Assembly (NCBI RefSeq): GCF_001194135.2
Contig: NC_068993.1
Location: 29,069,441-29,116,026, forward strand
Reading direction: 5' to 3'
Origin: Octopus bimaculoides
Taxonomy: Eukaryota
Length of the DNA stretch: 46,586 nucleotides
The notes beneath the pieces were generated by a model. The model had not been told where the DNA came from. It did not search any database and saw only the letters and a list, made by a program, of their open reading frames with translations. Of the stretch, positions 46,525 through 46,586 are shown one piece after another. Made by a program: the position numbers and the translations under genes. Positions within the stretch are counted from its first letter, which is position 1, and every line of letters begins with the position of its first letter.

Positions 46525-46586
46525 AATATAAGATCCAAGGATGGAGGTGTGGGAAGAAAGTTAGCTTCAAGCAATCCATAGTGAAT

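Overview
Repeat-dense animal genomic DNA with assembly gaps. It is most likely a coleoid cephalopod (Octopus-like), inferred from the SINE and RTE-tail families rather than from a search. The only host gene visible is a minus-strand DLC1/STARD13/crossveinless-c-type RhoGAP, with three phase-compatible coding exons (27346-27616, 23817-24238, 9860-9985). Everything else appears to be intron, filled with RTE LINEs and their (GAT)n-tailed 3' ends, four tandem R4/Dong-type RLE LINE copies at (TAA)n tracts, three mariner elements, Tc1 and hAT remnants, tRNA-SINEs and MITE-like foldbacks. The most interesting object is a Penelope-like retroelement (11114-15394; RT plus C-terminal GIY-YIG). It is bracketed by ~380-bp inverted repeats that each carry a type I hammerhead ribozyme fold with an unusually long stem II and a self-complementary stem III. 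The plus-strand copy has an intact core, while the copy lying in the host pre-mRNA sense has a C3U core change. A second, minimal hammerhead lies at 2861-2930. The window also holds many diverged foldback inverted duplications.
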